The notes under the pieces: generated by a model
Seen by the model: only the letters and a program-made list of their open reading frames with translations
What the model was told of the DNA's origin: nothing
Database searches by the model: none
Assembly: GCA_002269645.1 (NCBI GenBank)
Contig: NIVC01003384.1
Location: forward strand, 36,300-100,299
From: Macrostomum lignano
Lineage: Eukaryota
Reading direction: 5' to 3'
DNA: 64,000 nucleotides
Position numbers and translations under genes: made by a program
Part shown: piece after piece, positions 63,751 to 64,000 of the stretch
Layout of the letters: every line of letters begins with the position of its first letter
How positions within the stretch are numbered: the first letter of the stretch is position 1

Positions 63751-64000
63751 GTTTGTCTGTTGAGATTAGGAAGCTGATGCTTGAAGCATGAATTTGAGAA
63801 GCGAGCAGCTGCGGTTTGCAAGTGACCAACGTCAACTTCAAGTATAGCTAGCTGGCTGTACATCCTCATTAGAAAAACTATCTAGATATGTCCTAAAGGG
63901 CACTTCTTCTTATTTAACCGCTTATTGGAGCAGTGCAGCTCTACAAGGAACATTGGTGCATAATCTAGCCTCTAGTTGGATGTGCTGGACAACGAAATCT

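Larger units (their letters stand above)
55848..64000. repeat. Tandem array of a ~1877-bp unit (at least 4.3 copies, runs off the window end)
   Basis: Identical ORFs recur at 55966, 57842, 59719, 61596 and 63473 (spacing 1876-1877). The left boundary is where TAGTATAGAGCATGGCTGAC meets unrelated sequence. Confidence 0.98.

Noticed and set aside
55848-64000. Histone, 5S rRNA, snRNA or SL-RNA gene cluster as the explanation for the 1877-bp array
   Set aside because: There is no histone-fold ORF or histone 3' stem-loop, and I recognise no 5S, U-snRNA or SL sequence. An Rfam/Infernal scan is needed to exclude a divergent ncRNA.
62930-64000. Apparent accelerated divergence or pseudogenisation of the last array unit
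   Set aside because: The differences are mostly 1-3-bp indels near homopolymers or short repeats, typical of long-read consensus error. This cannot be distinguished from real decay without reads.

Overview
This is animal genomic DNA with spliceosomal GT-AG introns. I found no bacterial features, rRNA, tRNA or CRISPR. Most introns are packed with intron-specific 10-59 bp minisatellites, and small TIR elements are frequent; this resembles the flatworm Macrostomum, but that is an inference I cannot verify. From left to right the window holds: (1) the 3' three exons of a TRPV (Inactive/OSM-9-like) channel, with a truncated Src-kinase exon lying antisense in its upstream intron; (2) two tandem 2-exon Src-family kinases; (3) an 11-exon, ~907-aa B-box + coiled-coil + extended-Tudor gene; (4) an intronless PKA type-II regulatory subunit whose autophosphorylation Ser is replaced by Ala; (5) C-type-lectin-like and PAN-like fragments; (6) a degenerate DIRS/Ngaro tyrosine recombinase; (7) several MITEs with 8-bp target-site duplications; (8) a 7-exon F-box/LRR gene. 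The top finding is a ~1877-bp tandem array starting at ~55848 and running off the window end. Each unit carries two paralogous minus-strand micro-ORFs of 41 and 46 aa (MPAK...AADANKDA..KQQ...KK*), which the ORF track misses or mis-starts. All gene models were built by hand from splice signals and phase consistency; no database searches were run.
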